Assembly: GCA_002726275.1 (NCBI GenBank)
Contig: PBSO01000025.1
Location: forward strand, 2,147 to 66,146
Length of the DNA: 64,000 bases
From: Methanobacteriota archaeon
Lineage (GTDB): Archaea > Thermoplasmatota > Poseidoniia > Poseidoniales > Thalassarchaeaceae
Reading direction: 5' to 3'
Under the pieces are notes generated by a model. The model was not told the origin of the DNA. It searched no databases and saw nothing but the letters and a program-made list of their open reading frames with translations. This document shows positions 32,653 to 43,739 of this stretch, in pieces. A program made the position numbers and the translations under genes. How positions within the stretch are numbered: position 1 is the first letter of the stretch; every line of letters begins with the position of its first letter.

Positions 32653-33283
32653 GTATCTTCTTCGAAATGGATTCGGACATTTCGACTGGTGAGCCGTTGC
32701 ATGAAATTCCTGACTCTGATGTAATTATCACGGAACCAATGGTTATGCCGAAGCTCTCCAATGTCCGTTTCTCTATTGAGTCGACGGCCAATATCTCAAC
32801 TACTGATTCCGACCCAGGGGGGATATTTCTGATTGGCAGAAGAAGGCCCTCCGTGGACGTTTCCACGGACCTCTCGATTAATGGTATTCTCTTTCCGGAT
32901 GGAGTGAATTCAGGATATCCAAGCATCCTGTCTATGGCAGATTCTAATTCTGGGCCCATGTCATGCTCCATCTTGCACGCTGCTTCGTTGATATCTCCTG
33001 AATAGCCAATGACTTCTGAGAGAAGAATCTCCAGCAAACACTCCCTCCTCTTGACTCTGGCCGCCTGTTGAAAACCTAGGGGGGTTAGTCTGGATCCTTT
33101 GTATGGGATGTGCGTGACTAAATCTCTGGAAGCAAGCCTCTGAATCATCTCAGATACAGATGCTGGGCTAACAGATAGCATTTCGGATAATTGTGTTGTT
33201 TTTAGAATGCCATCCGGTGTAGAGTCATAGAACTCGAACATTCTCTTCAAGTACATTTCCTCAAACTCACTCAGCTCGATCAT
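32621..33283 (-). CDS. DtxR/MntR-family metal-dependent regulator
   Basis: EEMYLK, VSPASVSEMIQRL, PYKGSRLT, ACKMEH, PSGKRIP; FeoA-like tail. Confidence 0.9.
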   Translation of the reverse strand: MIELSEFEEMYLKRMFEFYDSTPDGILKTTQLSEMLSVSPASVSEMIQRLASRDLVTHIPYKGSRLTPLGFQQAARVKRRECLLEILLSEVIGYSGDINEAACKMEHDMGPELESAIDRMLGYPEFTPSGKRIPLIERSVETSTEGLLLPIRNIPPGSESVVEILAVDSIEKRTLESFGITIGSVIITSESGISCNGSPVEMSESISKKILARVRGTKID

Positions 33284-34926
33284 TGGGGGACCTCCTCATT
33301 TAGTGCCATGAATTCGGTCCTACATGCCGGACATCTGGACATCACAGGCCTCTTTTCTATGGGTACTTTCAGCCTCTGTTCACAGGAAGGGCAACTTAGG
33401 ATTTCCCCTGAGGACCTTGAGTTTTGAATCTCATTTGATTTCTCGGACTGTGGTAATTCTTCGTATGAGTCACTGTGAGTGATATCTTGTAGATTGTTTT
33501 CGATATCTCCGACTTCTTCTTCGCCGACTCTGAATTGGGTGGTACAAGAGGGGCACTTCACGGCCCCGACATGGTTTGCCGGGACACTGAGCTTTTGATT
33601 GCACGATGGACAGGCGATCTCCCTTTTCTGGACCTCTGACCTCCTCTCAATTCGAGATTCCCTACGAATCTGGAATGTTCCATCTGACTCAGTTGAGGGG
33701 GTTTTCTCTGAAATTACTCTCCACAATGCTAGAACGACCATCACCACCACTAATCCCATAACTGACCCAAGTAATGCTGCAGATGTATCGAACGGCAGAG
33801 AGAAAGAGTCTGGTGGTGGATCCCTGGTCTGTATCTGGATGCTTTGGATTGCAGAGTATTCTCCTGAGACCCACATTACCTCTACTATGGAGTCTCCATC
33901 GTCTGGCCACAGGGGTATTATCAGTGAAAAACTGGATTCGCTTCCAGCGGAAATTGGCAGTGATTGGTCGCTGGACAGGATAAGTCCGTCGGACTGTCTA
34001 GATGCCGAAATTGTGCCTCCAAGGGATTCTGAATTTCCTGAATTGCCAATGGTGCAGTCAATAACAAGTGACTGTCCTGGTATTGCTATTTCTGGCATGG
34101 TTGAGCACGATGAAACAGATGGAGAAACAAGGGGAGCTGATATTTGATACTCTAAATTGGAATCAGAAAATGTTGTCCATCCAACGGGAACAATCGAGAA
34201 TTTGACTGAGTCTGCATCTGGATTTCCGAAAGCGAATGAAAGGTCCCTGATGCCGTGAGAAAGGGTGGCATAGTGGACTTGATTGCCTCTTGGAACACCC
34301 ATATCCTGCAACTCGGCAATTATCTCGACATCTCTCGATGGACCATCTGAAAGCAGTACAGATATACCTACATGAAGGCCTTCTGAGAGGGTCCATATCT
34401 CGCTGGAGATGATGATTTCGAGTGTCTGAGGGGGAAGCGCCTCAATCATCAGGGTTCCCGATAGATCTTCACTGACAACATTACCCAGACTCAATATTTC
34501 CCACTCTATCTCGATGTGTCCGGATTGGTTCAGGGAAAATGTCGTAGAAACCTCCCTACTGGAGCCGGGGCTAATTGTGACATATTCACCAGAAACATTG
34601 GCACTCCAGTTCTGCGAAGAAAGGGTCATTGAAACATCTCCTGATGAGTTTCCCTGATTGTGGACCAGAATCGAGGCTGTTAGCGAGTCTCCCACATGTG
34701 CTGGCTCGCCCACTATCGCCACATCTGCGGAACCAGCTGGCGTGAAGGAAGCTGATGCTGAGTCATTTGAGTGATCGGATGAAAAAGCGGTCGGATTTGA
34801 TAGTGGATCATAGTTCTGGCCCACTAATCCACAAACTGGGCTGAAACAGAATAGTGATGTAATCAATAGTGCAACCAATATTGTGCCATGGGAGCTGAAA
34901 ATGAATCTCTCAGGCTCCTCCCCCAT
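33280..34926 (-). CDS. Membrane protein: extracellular CARDB/Ig-like domains, TM, two cytoplasmic Zn ribbons
   Basis: Signal peptide, NQGN/NSGN Ig-like repeats, TM, then CPSC..CPSC and CPSC..CPAC. Confidence 0.7.
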   Translation of the reverse strand: MGEEPERFIFSSHGTILVALLITSLFCFSPVCGLVGQNYDPLSNPTAFSSDHSNDSASASFTPAGSADVAIVGEPAHVGDSLTASILVHNQGNSSGDVSMTLSSQNWSANVSGEYVTISPGSSREVSTTFSLNQSGHIEIEWEILSLGNVVSEDLSGTLMIEALPPQTLEIIISSEIWTLSEGLHVGISVLLSDGPSRDVEIIAELQDMGVPRGNQVHYATLSHGIRDLSFAFGNPDADSVKFSIVPVGWTTFSDSNLEYQISAPLVSPSVSSCSTMPEIAIPGQSLVIDCTIGNSGNSESLGGTISASRQSDGLILSSDQSLPISAGSESSFSLIIPLWPDDGDSIVEVMWVSGEYSAIQSIQIQTRDPPPDSFSLPFDTSAALLGSVMGLVVVMVVLALWRVISEKTPSTESDGTFQIRRESRIERRSEVQKREIACPSCNQKLSVPANHVGAVKCPSCTTQFRVGEEEVGDIENNLQDITHSDSYEELPQSEKSNEIQNSRSSGEILSCPSCEQRLKVPIEKRPVMSRCPACRTEFMALNEEVPQ

Positions 34927-35020
34927 AGTATTGGCTCAGAAAAGGGGCCGTATCAATCAAACCCCTGTCAAGGTCACATAGTGACCTTTAACCGACTGTC
35001 CCGGCTGGCCCGGATGCATC

Positions 35021-35839
35021 ATGGACATAGAGGGACTATTGAGGGTCAAACCCGAGGAGCTCGCCGAAGGTCTGCTGGCCAGATGGAAGGTCCTTGATGA
35101 ACAACTTCCCGGAGTCATAAGGAACCTTGAAGCTGAAGAAGACTCCCTTTCACCCAAAGTTGAAAGAGCGGTGAATTCTCATAAATTAGCTAATGAAACT
35201 GTCTCAGAATTGAAGATGGAGAGGAATTCGCGGCAGAAGGAGGCTCGAGCATTACTGGCCACAGTTCGAAAATTCGGTGACAATCTTTCTGAATCAGGGG
35301 GGATGGTTAATCTTGATCCTGGTTGGAAGAAAGAGAAGCTGTTAGAAGAGCTTGAGGAAATTGAGTCTCAAATCGAGACATCTGCACTTGATCACAAGTC
35401 AGAAGGGAAGCTTATTACCCGGAGGAAAAGGCTGATTGAGCAGAACGATAAATGGCTGAAAGAACGTAAAATAGCGAATCCGGAGATGGCCAAGTTCGTG
35501 GAAGCCAGGAGAGAGATGGTTGAAAATTTCAGAGAGTCGGAGAAAGCGCATACCAAGATGCTGGACACGGTAAATAAAGCGCAGCCACTTTACGAGAAGA
35601 AGGTCGCTCTCCAAGATGAAATTAGGGACGTGCGTAGACAGTTGGACAGAGCCAAAGAGCTGTTGTCTCAGTCATCTAAGGCCATTGAGCATTGGCAGAG
35701 GCGCTTGGATGAAGGTTTTGGGGAGATCGGGTCGGGGCATGATGATCTCTTGGCAGACATGCATAGAGTGATGTCAGGAGGAGCCTCATCTTTCTCCAGG
35801 AAGAAGAAATCGAAGATTCGGGAGGGAGAAGAGGAATGA
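35021..35839 (+). CDS. Archaeal long coiled-coil protein (COG1340-like)
   Basis: Heptad-rich; IESQIETSALDHKSE motif; ends RVMSGG plus a basic tail. Confidence 0.7.
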   Translation: MDIEGLLRVKPEELAEGLLARWKVLDEQLPGVIRNLEAEEDSLSPKVERAVNSHKLANETVSELKMERNSRQKEARALLATVRKFGDNLSESGGMVNLDPGWKKEKLLEELEEIESQIETSALDHKSEGKLITRRKRLIEQNDKWLKERKIANPEMAKFVEARREMVENFRESEKAHTKMLDTVNKAQPLYEKKVALQDEIRDVRRQLDRAKELLSQSSKAIEHWQRRLDEGFGEIGSGHDDLLADMHRVMSGGASSFSRKKKSKIREGEEE

Positions 35840-36804
35840 GTAAATCTACAGAGTCATTCTCCTTTGAAGATCTAGAGGAATTAGATGGACATGAATTGCA
35901 AGAAATGTTCGGCGGCCTAGAGAGACAGGTTCGTTCACTGGATAGACAGAAAAGGGACCTCAGGGAAGAGCGCTCAGATTTGGTGAGCCAGGTCAAGATC
36001 CTCCGTGGAGCTGTAGGTCAAATTGAGGGTGCTAATTCAGAAAGGAGGGATTTACTTAGGAAGTTTCACGAAATCAGGAAATCCGCAGATATATCCAGAG
36101 CCAAAAGGGATCGGGTAAACGTGCTCATCCCCCCTCCTGTAGATGTCCTGCAAGAGTGGCTTTCTGAGACGCACAGGAGGCTGACAACAATCGATAACGA
36201 CCTTACTGCTGTACCAACACTGCCAAGGGAGTTGGATGCATTCAGGAGGTTCTTTGAGATTCAAGCCTCCATAGTGATGAAGGCGGAGTCAGAAACCGCA
36301 CACTCCGATTATGTCAGCAGTGTGAAGAAAATGAAGGAGCTCACTTCTAAACTAGACAAGGGCAAGAAGGACCACAAAGCCGTGACAAGTAAAGCATCCG
36401 AGAATTCTGGTGTTGGTGCCGATGGAATTTCAAGAAAAGAGGTCAGAAAAACTAGTAACAGGATTTCGAAGATTGACAAAAGGCTTGACCGCATTGACAT
36501 CGAAAGAAGAGATCTCAGAAAGGAGCTTGGAAGGGTTAAGGCTTACCGGAGAATAACAGGGGGGAGGAATAGAAAGATACGTTTCTCAGAAATAAAGGAC
36601 AAGGCGAAATCTGGAGGGACCCTTAGCACCATCGAACTAGATGCCTTGTTGGGCTCAGGGAGCTTGTCTGAGTTGGCCTCATCAGAATCAAAGTCGAGTG
36701 AGGATAGGCCTGACTCGAAGCAACTCGGCCGAAAGAAGAGGCGACTGGGTGTTTCCAGGAGGGGCCCAAGAAAGGGGAACCTCGCCAGTAAGAGAGAGGA
36801 TTAG
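35836..36804 (+). CDS. Archaeal long coiled-coil protein (COG1340-like)
   Basis: Heptad-rich; C-terminal DKAKSGGTLSTIELDALL plus a basic tail; ATGA overlap with the previous gene. Confidence 0.7.
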   Translation: MSKSTESFSFEDLEELDGHELQEMFGGLERQVRSLDRQKRDLREERSDLVSQVKILRGAVGQIEGANSERRDLLRKFHEIRKSADISRAKRDRVNVLIPPPVDVLQEWLSETHRRLTTIDNDLTAVPTLPRELDAFRRFFEIQASIVMKAESETAHSDYVSSVKKMKELTSKLDKGKKDHKAVTSKASENSGVGADGISRKEVRKTSNRISKIDKRLDRIDIERRDLRKELGRVKAYRRITGGRNRKIRFSEIKDKAKSGGTLSTIELDALLGSGSLSELASSESKSSEDRPDSKQLGRKKRRLGVSRRGPRKGNLASKRED

Positions 36805-36830
36805 GATACGCCTCCCTGCTATGCACTTAT

Positions 36831-37742
36831 ATGGAGCCTCAATTTGGGCAATATGGAGGAAATACTGTGGAATACTCGGAAATACGTGAGTTGTTCCGTC
36901 CTTTGTCCCAATCTATGGAGTCAGATCTAGATGGAAGAAAGGAGGTCAGAGATGAGTTCAACGCCAAAGTTAGAACTTATCTAGACAGCAGGAACGAAGT
37001 TAATCGCCAAGTCAAGGAGCTGATTTCCGAAGTTAGAAGTCAGAAAGAAATTAGAGATCTGGCGAACTCCAAGGTAAAGGAATTGAAGATCGTTAGGTCT
37101 GATAGGTCCGATGAATTGAAGATCGTGAGAACCGATCTCAGATCTAGGTTGGCGGAAGCTGAAGAAAGTGGGAAACGTGAGAAGGGGCCTTCTGGACCAC
37201 CGCCCTCAAAAATCAAGGCCAAAATGGACGCCCTAGAAAGGAAATACGAGAGAGGTGGTTTCACTGGGGCGAGCGAGAAGAAGTTCTTCAGAGAAATGAA
37301 GAGGCTTAAGCAAGAATTGAATGAAGCACGAGAGAAGAACAAAACTAGCGGTGGTTTGGGCGACCTTAAATCGAAGGTAAGGGATGCTGAGAGGGAGCAG
37401 GAAGATGCCCATAACAAAGTAGAGAGGGCGGTTTCGGAAGCCCAGGAAGCGCACGATCTGATGGTAGAGTTATCTGATGAAGTTGACAGACTGAGAGAGC
37501 GTGCCAACTCCGCACACTCAGGCCTTACCAAGTCAAAAAAGGAAGCGGACGCCCTTCACAATCTGTATATTGTTTCACTCAGGTGCATTCACTCAATGCA
37601 GGACATTATGAAGGCCATTGACGCCAGGGAGGGAGGGCATGTGGATGCGGAAAGCAAGACCGAGGTTACTGACTTGATGTCCAGACTAATGTCAGGAGAC
37701 ACCTTGTCAACTGATGAACTAATGGCTCTCCAGAGAAGTTAA
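36831..37742 (+). CDS. Archaeal long coiled-coil protein (COG1340-like)
   Basis: RDEFNAKV...RDLANSKVKELK; C-terminal RLMSGDTLSTDELMALQ. Confidence 0.75.
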   Translation: MEPQFGQYGGNTVEYSEIRELFRPLSQSMESDLDGRKEVRDEFNAKVRTYLDSRNEVNRQVKELISEVRSQKEIRDLANSKVKELKIVRSDRSDELKIVRTDLRSRLAEAEESGKREKGPSGPPPSKIKAKMDALERKYERGGFTGASEKKFFREMKRLKQELNEAREKNKTSGGLGDLKSKVRDAEREQEDAHNKVERAVSEAQEAHDLMVELSDEVDRLRERANSAHSGLTKSKKEADALHNLYIVSLRCIHSMQDIMKAIDAREGGHVDAESKTEVTDLMSRLMSGDTLSTDELMALQRS

Positions 37743-38701
37743 CTGAAAGGGTAAGTTCTGCCATTACCACTGTGCAATAACACTCTTTCCCTCCCTGGTG
37801 ACTCTACAATCCACCCAGGTATTCCAATGAATACTCGGGATTTCTTCAATGAGGATATGTCTGCCCTCCACCATTGCAACATGATGCTTCTAATTGGCCC
37901 ATCCTTCGACTCTTCGCCACCCTGAATTTTCCTATCGAGAATAGATGGTAACTCCTCCAGAAGTGATGATTCTTCCCTCCACATTGAACTTGGAGGATCG
38001 ACAGTCCTGATTCGAATATGACTGTCGCCCAGTGGAACTTCGTTAATGCTCACCGAGGACGCCCATGGATCCTCGATTACTTCCCAATTGGAATTTAATT
38101 CTTCACCATCGGGCCCAACTAGGAAACCGCTTATTTTCCAAAGTGCCGCTTTAAGGAGAACGGGGGATGTCACGGATCCTTCCCGGCCTGTCTGTATGAG
38201 CCATGAGTCGAGGGTCACTATTGCAGGCACGACGAGGGTGTGCCCATCGTGTTCTTCCTCCCGGCCGGAAGAATGTTCTGTTTTTTCCTCGGACACGATA
38301 GTTGGCGCTCTTGCAACGAGCTCGCCCGAGATTACTGCATCTCCAATCCACCTGGATAGAACCTCTGGGCCCCAAATTACCAGTTCAACTCCATGGGGGG
38401 CATTGTCCTGGCAACCATCAGGCAACTCCCTCTCGCTGAGTATCCAATTATTTCCAATGGGTGCATCTACGCACCACCTTTCGAAATCAGCCCTCGACAG
38501 CGGCATCATTCCTGACTCGATATGCCAGACGTGTACATTAGTTTCTGAAATACCGCCACCAATCTCGGAAGTCTTCTCGGCTATTCCCAGCAGAATAAAT
38601 TCGGGAATTTCTATCCATTCAGCAGGAGTTTCCAGCCTCACCCCTCTAGATGAGAGTAGAGCGCGTACTGCATCCTCCATGCTACTAGGGAGGGGTGGCA
38701 C
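37739..38701 (-). CDS. Hypothetical protein (possibly degenerate Mrr/restriction-endonuclease-like N-domain)
   Basis: 320-aa ORF downstream of rpl30e. GVELVIWGPEVLSRWIG resembles the end of Mrr-like folds (weak). Confidence 0.55.
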   Translation of the reverse strand: MPPLPSSMEDAVRALLSSRGVRLETPAEWIEIPEFILLGIAEKTSEIGGGISETNVHVWHIESGMMPLSRADFERWCVDAPIGNNWILSERELPDGCQDNAPHGVELVIWGPEVLSRWIGDAVISGELVARAPTIVSEEKTEHSSGREEEHDGHTLVVPAIVTLDSWLIQTGREGSVTSPVLLKAALWKISGFLVGPDGEELNSNWEVIEDPWASSVSINEVPLGDSHIRIRTVDPPSSMWREESSLLEELPSILDRKIQGGEESKDGPIRSIMLQWWRADISSLKKSRVFIGIPGWIVESPGRERVLLHSGNGRTYPFS

Positions 38702-38765
38702 GCTTGAACAGTACCGTATGAGTTCATCGACAGTAGCAATAAACTAAGGCTATTGGAAATTACGG

Positions 38766-39062
38766 TTAGAGATTTGATTGCAGTGATAGCAAATCACTCT
38801 GTCCAGGATCGACCACGCACAGGGCGCTAACAGGGAATGGTTTTGCACAAGCGGCACCTAGTTGCCTGTTTACTAGGTTGACTCTGTGGACTGTCATCCC
38901 TGGATGGCTCTCAGAGATACTTTCGATGAACTTCTCGGGGCAGTTCGCGGCCACTATTACCAATCTAGCCTCTCCCTTGTCGCATGCGCCCATGGTCTCT
39001 CTCTGGCCGAACAAAATTTTTCCAGTGTTCAAGCTCTGCTTAAGATTTCTAGCCAAGTCCAT
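38766..39062 (-). CDS. rpl30e: 50S ribosomal protein eL30
   Basis: TGKILFG, IVAANCP, LGAACAKPF, DPGQS. GGAGG RBS upstream of ATG 39062. Confidence 0.93.
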   Translation of the reverse strand: MDLARNLKQSLNTGKILFGQRETMGACDKGEARLVIVAANCPEKFIESISESHPGMTVHRVNLVNRQLGAACAKPFPVSALCVVDPGQSDLLSLQSNL

Positions 39063-39078
39063 CCTGATTCCTCCTATC

Positions 39079-40647
39079 CTATGCCTCATCTGGTATGTAG
39101 AACAAGTCCACACTACCCGTTCCAAGTGCTATTGGCTGCCCCACAACAATATTCTCGGTGACTCCCCTGAGTTCGTCTCTCTCACCGATTATTCCCGCTC
39201 TGAGCAAGTGGGTAACTGTAACCTCGAAGGCCGAGCGAGCCAATATGCTGTGCTTGGTACCGCTTACTCCATGCCTACCTATAGCCCTAACTTCACCTTC
39301 GCTAGTCATAACGTCTGAGACCATCAGAAGATGTCTGACATCGACATCCAATCCCGCCCCTTCTAGAGTGTCGCTCATCTCGTTTATTATTGCCTGCCTA
39401 GCAGCCTCTATTCCGAGGTACGAATGAATCTCATTGATGTTGTTCGTGTAAGTCCTTGAGCGATCTATGCCTGCGAATTCGCTCACCTTGGCAAGGTTCG
39501 ATCCTATGGTCGAGATGTAGTACTCCCCGTTCTCACCAGCTTGGACATTTGCCCTCTCTATGCCCCTGATTCCCTTCAACTGTAGTTTCTTTATCTTGTC
39601 CTCCAGTTGCAAAAGATCCGTGTATGTCGGCGGATCCGTGGCAAGAGTCTCCAAGTCTTCCTCTTTGGAGACACCAGGGATTATCTTCAGTTCCTTCGGC
39701 TTATCATCTGAGTCCGCCTGTATGAACAGCCTAAGGGCCCTCTGAAGCTTGTCCCTAACTTCGGCGCCAGACATATTCTTCAGACGCATGTTGGAGTTGT
39801 TTAGTTTCAGGCTAAGGTAACGCTGTGCTACCTCGACATCAATATTAGCTATGTCACTGGTTTTTGTTGCCTCCAATCCGGCGGCGATTCCCCTGACTAG
39901 TTTCTCATTCGTGCGAAGTGGCTTGCCTTTGGAATTAAATTCCTCTAGGAAAATTCTCATTGTAGGGGTATTGGGGACCTTACGGGCATCGACAATTTCA
40001 ATGATCCTCGGAAGGCCCTGTGTTACGTTAACGGTAGCGACACCCGCATAGTGGAATGTTCTCATGGTCATCTGAGTACCAGGCTCCCCGATTGACTGAG
40101 CCGTGGTGATGCCCACGGCTTCATGGGGATCTGCTTTGGACCTCCTGAGGGATGACCTAGCAGACTGAATGACCTTCCTTGCCTTTGCAGGAGTAATCTT
40201 GGAGTTCCCACGGGACCTTATCCCCTCAGTTAGGTCTGTGAGCATCCTAGGAGTCAGAACGAGTCCTTCCCCCTCGCAAGCGGAGGCGAGTTGAGCATAG
40301 ATTTCGTCATGGTGATCGATGTCCCTCATTACCTGTACCATCTTGGATTCCGAATCATAGGTCTGGAGTGGCATCATTGACTTACGCCTTCGACGTGAGG
40401 CGGCCGACTTTCTGCGCACTACCGTCTTCTCTGTCGAGACGGCGGCCCTGGATGACTTGGTAGACGCCGCCATTAGATCATGTATCCTCTGAGCGGTTCC
40501 TGAGTCGATTCCGCAGATCTGGGCTATTTGTCCTGCGGTGAGGACCTTGACATCGTCCCACTTCCTATCATCTGCCAGTTTGTGAGCATATTCCTCATCT
40601 ATCTGGAGATCCATTAGTTTCTTCTTTGTTGCACTCTTGACTACCAT
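39079..40647 (-). CDS. rpoA2: RNA polymerase subunit Rpo1C (A'') with N-terminal extension
   Basis: [47 protein letters not shown]. Confidence 0.97.
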   Translation of the reverse strand: MVVKSATKKKLMDLQIDEEYAHKLADDRKWDDVKVLTAGQIAQICGIDSGTAQRIHDLMAASTKSSRAAVSTEKTVVRRKSAASRRRRKSMMPLQTYDSESKMVQVMRDIDHHDEIYAQLASACEGEGLVLTPRMLTDLTEGIRSRGNSKITPAKARKVIQSARSSLRRSKADPHEAVGITTAQSIGEPGTQMTMRTFHYAGVATVNVTQGLPRIIEIVDARKVPNTPTMRIFLEEFNSKGKPLRTNEKLVRGIAAGLEATKTSDIANIDVEVAQRYLSLKLNNSNMRLKNMSGAEVRDKLQRALRLFIQADSDDKPKELKIIPGVSKEEDLETLATDPPTYTDLLQLEDKIKKLQLKGIRGIERANVQAGENGEYYISTIGSNLAKVSEFAGIDRSRTYTNNINEIHSYLGIEAARQAIINEMSDTLEGAGLDVDVRHLLMVSDVMTSEGEVRAIGRHGVSGTKHSILARSAFEVTVTHLLRAGIIGERDELRGVTENIVVGQPIALGTGSVDLFYIPDEA

Positions 40648-43600
40648 CAGTTAGCACCTCCCAATGCATCGTCTAGGACCTTGGAAACGTCGAACGGCAT
40701 TCCCCCTCGGCTACGTGCTGGATCGACTCCGTCCTCACCATATTCGAACTGAATGATTCTGTCGGCAGTGTTCCTAACCGAACCCATGCCGTCGTTCGCG
40801 ACCTTCAAGTCGTCCATGGCGTTGATTAGCCTTCTTTGCATGTATCCAGACTTCGCTGTTCGGACCGCGGTGTCGACTAGCGACTCCCTTCCGGATACCG
40901 AGAGCATGAAGAATTCGGTTGGTTCCAGGCCCCTCTTGAATGAAGAGCCGACGAATCCTTTCTCCTGAGCGCCCTTGGCATTTCGGGGGAAGTGAGAGAG
41001 AACACGGTCTTGGTAACCACGCTCAAGGCGCTTTCCTCGAACCTTTGGTTGGCCGATAGAACCTGCCATCATGGCTAGGTTGTCCATCGAACCACGAGCT
41101 CCTGAGGTCGCCATGAGAACAGCCGAGTTATCGTCTCCAAGGTATGTCTTCGCTATGTTTCCTGATTCGGTTTTGGCCTCGTCCAGAATCATCAATATGT
41201 TCTCCTCCAATGTCTCCATGGGAGTCCTGCCGGGCCTTGTCTCGTACTTCCTCCCGTCCTTTCCGAACTTCGCTAGCTCCTCATCCACTGCATCGCTACC
41301 ATTCTTGTTGATCTTTGCAATCTCTGACTTCGCCTCCGGAGGGAGGTCTTCATCGTCGATTCCCGTGGTGAATCCCATCGAGGTACATATGGAAATTGTC
41401 ATCCTGGTCATCCTGTCTAGGAATTCAGCACCGGCGTCCGGGCCGTGTGTGTGGACTACGGCATCCAGTAGCCTTCCATCCTCAGCGCCTATTCCCCTCT
41501 TGTCAATAGTTCCCGAAACATCGCCCTTGGTGACCTTCACATTATCGCCAATCCTACTGATGTAGTCTAGGTTGAAGCCTTCTGGAACAATTAGGCTCAG
41601 AACATCGCTTCCTCGATATCCGATCACCCCATTCTCTTCCACCTCTGGAGGCAGTTCCCCGTCCCAGTTTGTATCCCCTAGGACCTGCATTACCAAATTC
41701 TTCGGCAGAACTCTATCGCCGTGTGTAAGCAAGTAGGCTCCTGAAATGTGGTCGTGTATTCCACCGATTACGCTTCCACCGTACCTTGGTGTTATGATGT
41801 GTTCTTGGACTCTCATCAGAATCTTCGCCTCTGCTCTCGCCTCTTCGCTCTGAATGACGTGGAGGTTCATCTCATCGCCGTCAAAATCGGCATTGTAAGG
41901 AGTACAATCAGCTAGGTTGAATCTGAAGGTCTTTCCAGGCATGACCCTGACCTCGTGAACCATCATCGACATCCTGTGAAGAGATGGTTGCCTATTGAAG
42001 AGGGCGACATCGCCGTCAATCAAGTGCCTCTCCACTATCACACCTGGCTTTGGGTTCCCATCCAAGTCGTGAGTGCTGAGCCTGTCCTCGACATCGGTAC
42101 TGTATGCGTTGCCATAGTCATCCTCTACTTCTGGGCTGCCACAATGAGGGCACTTAACCTCTAGATGATCGGGCAGGTATTCTCCGGGATGCTCCATCTC
42201 CCACTTCCACCTCTGGTGAATAGAGGCTCGTTGATCGCCGTCAGGGAGGGGCAATCCCCTCTCGTCCTCGCCCCTGAGGTTCCTGAGGGTCATGTCCAGA
42301 TCGACCCCCCACTCCTCCTCCAAATCACCAATTGAATTTCTCCTCATTTGCCTCATTAGTTCGAGTCCTGGTAGGAAATTTGGTGCGGGCAGCACTTCAT
42401 TCAAGTCAGGCCTGTATCCAGTATATGGCTCGTCGTCACTACCGGAGTGGCACTCAGGATTAAGACACCTGAAGCCAGACCAGATAAACTTCGTTCGATC
42501 GGTTATCCTGACTCTGAACTTATCCCCCCTGATGATGTAATTTACACCTGGGTGAACGTCTGGGCCTCGTAGAATCATCTGCCTTAGTTGCTCCCTGTTC
42601 CTACTCGTGACACGGATAGGAACGGTGAGCTCCTTGGCCGTCTGAGTAGGTATTCCGACTTCGTTAATCCCCAAGTTTGGATCGGGGCTAATCACTGTTC
42701 GCGCACAGAAGTTCACTCTCTTTCCTGAGAGGTTGCTCCTGAATCTGCCCTCCTTACCCTTGAGCCTCTGTGCGAGGGTCTTCAGTGGCCTTCCAGACCT
42801 GTGTCTTGCAGGCGGAATTCCGCTAGTTTGGTTATCGAAGTAAGTGGTACAGTGATATTGCAACAACTCCCACAAGTCTTCAACAATAAGCTGGGGCGCG
42901 CCTGCGTCTCTGTTCTCCCTGAGTCGCTGATTAATCCTAAGTACGTCAACTAACTTGTGAGTCAAGTCATCTTCGGACCTGTCTCCACTATCGAGGGTGA
43001 TGGAGGGTCTTACTGTGATTGGCGGTACTGGAAGTACTTTCATTATGACCCACTCTGGCCTTGCTGCATCCTTGTCCATGCCAAGGAAGATGAGGTGTTC
43101 ATCGGGAATCCTCTCCAGCCACTCCCTAATGTCCCGGGCATTGAGCTTGTGCTCACCCTTGTTCTCTTTCTTCTCCTTGAATGTCGATGGCTTGTCCAGT
43201 ATAATTTTACCCTGTTCGCTACCACAGTGCATGCAAATCGTCCTCTTCTTGCTGGAGCACTCCTTCTCTATGTCTTTGATGACATTCTTGAATTCGGAGG
43301 AACCGACGCCGTGCTTGATCATTACATCCTTAACTCTCTCTTCATAATAATCCTGCTCAGACTTTTCTGGGTCCACTGGATGGGTTTCTGGTTTGTCATG
43401 AAGGAGAATCTTACTGCATGTGTTGCATGTAGACTTCAGTGAAGTCTTGATTAGATTCGTGAAACCGATGTGCATTACTGGGAGCTCTAGTGCGATGTGC
43501 CCAAAGTGACTGGGGCACTCATCGTGCTTGTTTCCACATGTCTCACATCTCACACCTGGGTCGATAACACCCATCTTAGGATCCATTAGTCCTTGCTTGT

Positions 43601-43739
43601 AGGGATGTCCGTCGTCTTTGTAAGTATCAGCGGTTTTCACCTCGACAGAGGACATTTTCCTAATTTCATTTGGATCCATAAGCGTGAACTTAATCGCCTC
43701 AATCCTCTTTGGAATCTTTGCTGCATTTCGGGCACTCAT
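40647..43739 (-). CDS. rpoA1: RNA polymerase subunit Rpo1N (A') with internal insertion
   Basis: [10 protein letters not shown] catalytic motif, [23 protein letters not shown]; 1030 aa. Confidence 0.98.
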   Translation of the reverse strand: MSARNAAKIPKRIEAIKFTLMDPNEIRKMSSVEVKTADTYKDDGHPYKQGLMDPKMGVIDPGVRCETCGNKHDECPSHFGHIALELPVMHIGFTNLIKTSLKSTCNTCSKILLHDKPETHPVDPEKSEQDYYEERVKDVMIKHGVGSSEFKNVIKDIEKECSSKKRTICMHCGSEQGKIILDKPSTFKEKKENKGEHKLNARDIREWLERIPDEHLIFLGMDKDAARPEWVIMKVLPVPPITVRPSITLDSGDRSEDDLTHKLVDVLRINQRLRENRDAGAPQLIVEDLWELLQYHCTTYFDNQTSGIPPARHRSGRPLKTLAQRLKGKEGRFRSNLSGKRVNFCARTVISPDPNLGINEVGIPTQTAKELTVPIRVTSRNREQLRQMILRGPDVHPGVNYIIRGDKFRVRITDRTKFIWSGFRCLNPECHSGSDDEPYTGYRPDLNEVLPAPNFLPGLELMRQMRRNSIGDLEEEWGVDLDMTLRNLRGEDERGLPLPDGDQRASIHQRWKWEMEHPGEYLPDHLEVKCPHCGSPEVEDDYGNAYSTDVEDRLSTHDLDGNPKPGVIVERHLIDGDVALFNRQPSLHRMSMMVHEVRVMPGKTFRFNLADCTPYNADFDGDEMNLHVIQSEEARAEAKILMRVQEHIITPRYGGSVIGGIHDHISGAYLLTHGDRVLPKNLVMQVLGDTNWDGELPPEVEENGVIGYRGSDVLSLIVPEGFNLDYISRIGDNVKVTKGDVSGTIDKRGIGAEDGRLLDAVVHTHGPDAGAEFLDRMTRMTISICTSMGFTTGIDDEDLPPEAKSEIAKINKNGSDAVDEELAKFGKDGRKYETRPGRTPMETLEENILMILDEAKTESGNIAKTYLGDDNSAVLMATSGARGSMDNLAMMAGSIGQPKVRGKRLERGYQDRVLSHFPRNAKGAQEKGFVGSSFKRGLEPTEFFMLSVSGRESLVDTAVRTAKSGYMQRRLINAMDDLKVANDGMGSVRNTADRIIQFEYGEDGVDPARSRGGMPFDVSKVLDDALGGAN

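Noticed and set aside
37080-37126. 14-nt direct repeat GAATTGAAGATCGT with 33-nt period
   Set aside because: Only two copies, in frame within a coiled-coil gene (ELKIVR twice); not CRISPR or a mobile-element end.
42050-42490. Possible intein in Rpo1N
   Set aside because: No N-terminal Cys/Ser block A, no His-Asn/Cys-Ser-Thr junction and no LAGLIDADG motif; treated as an inserted domain.
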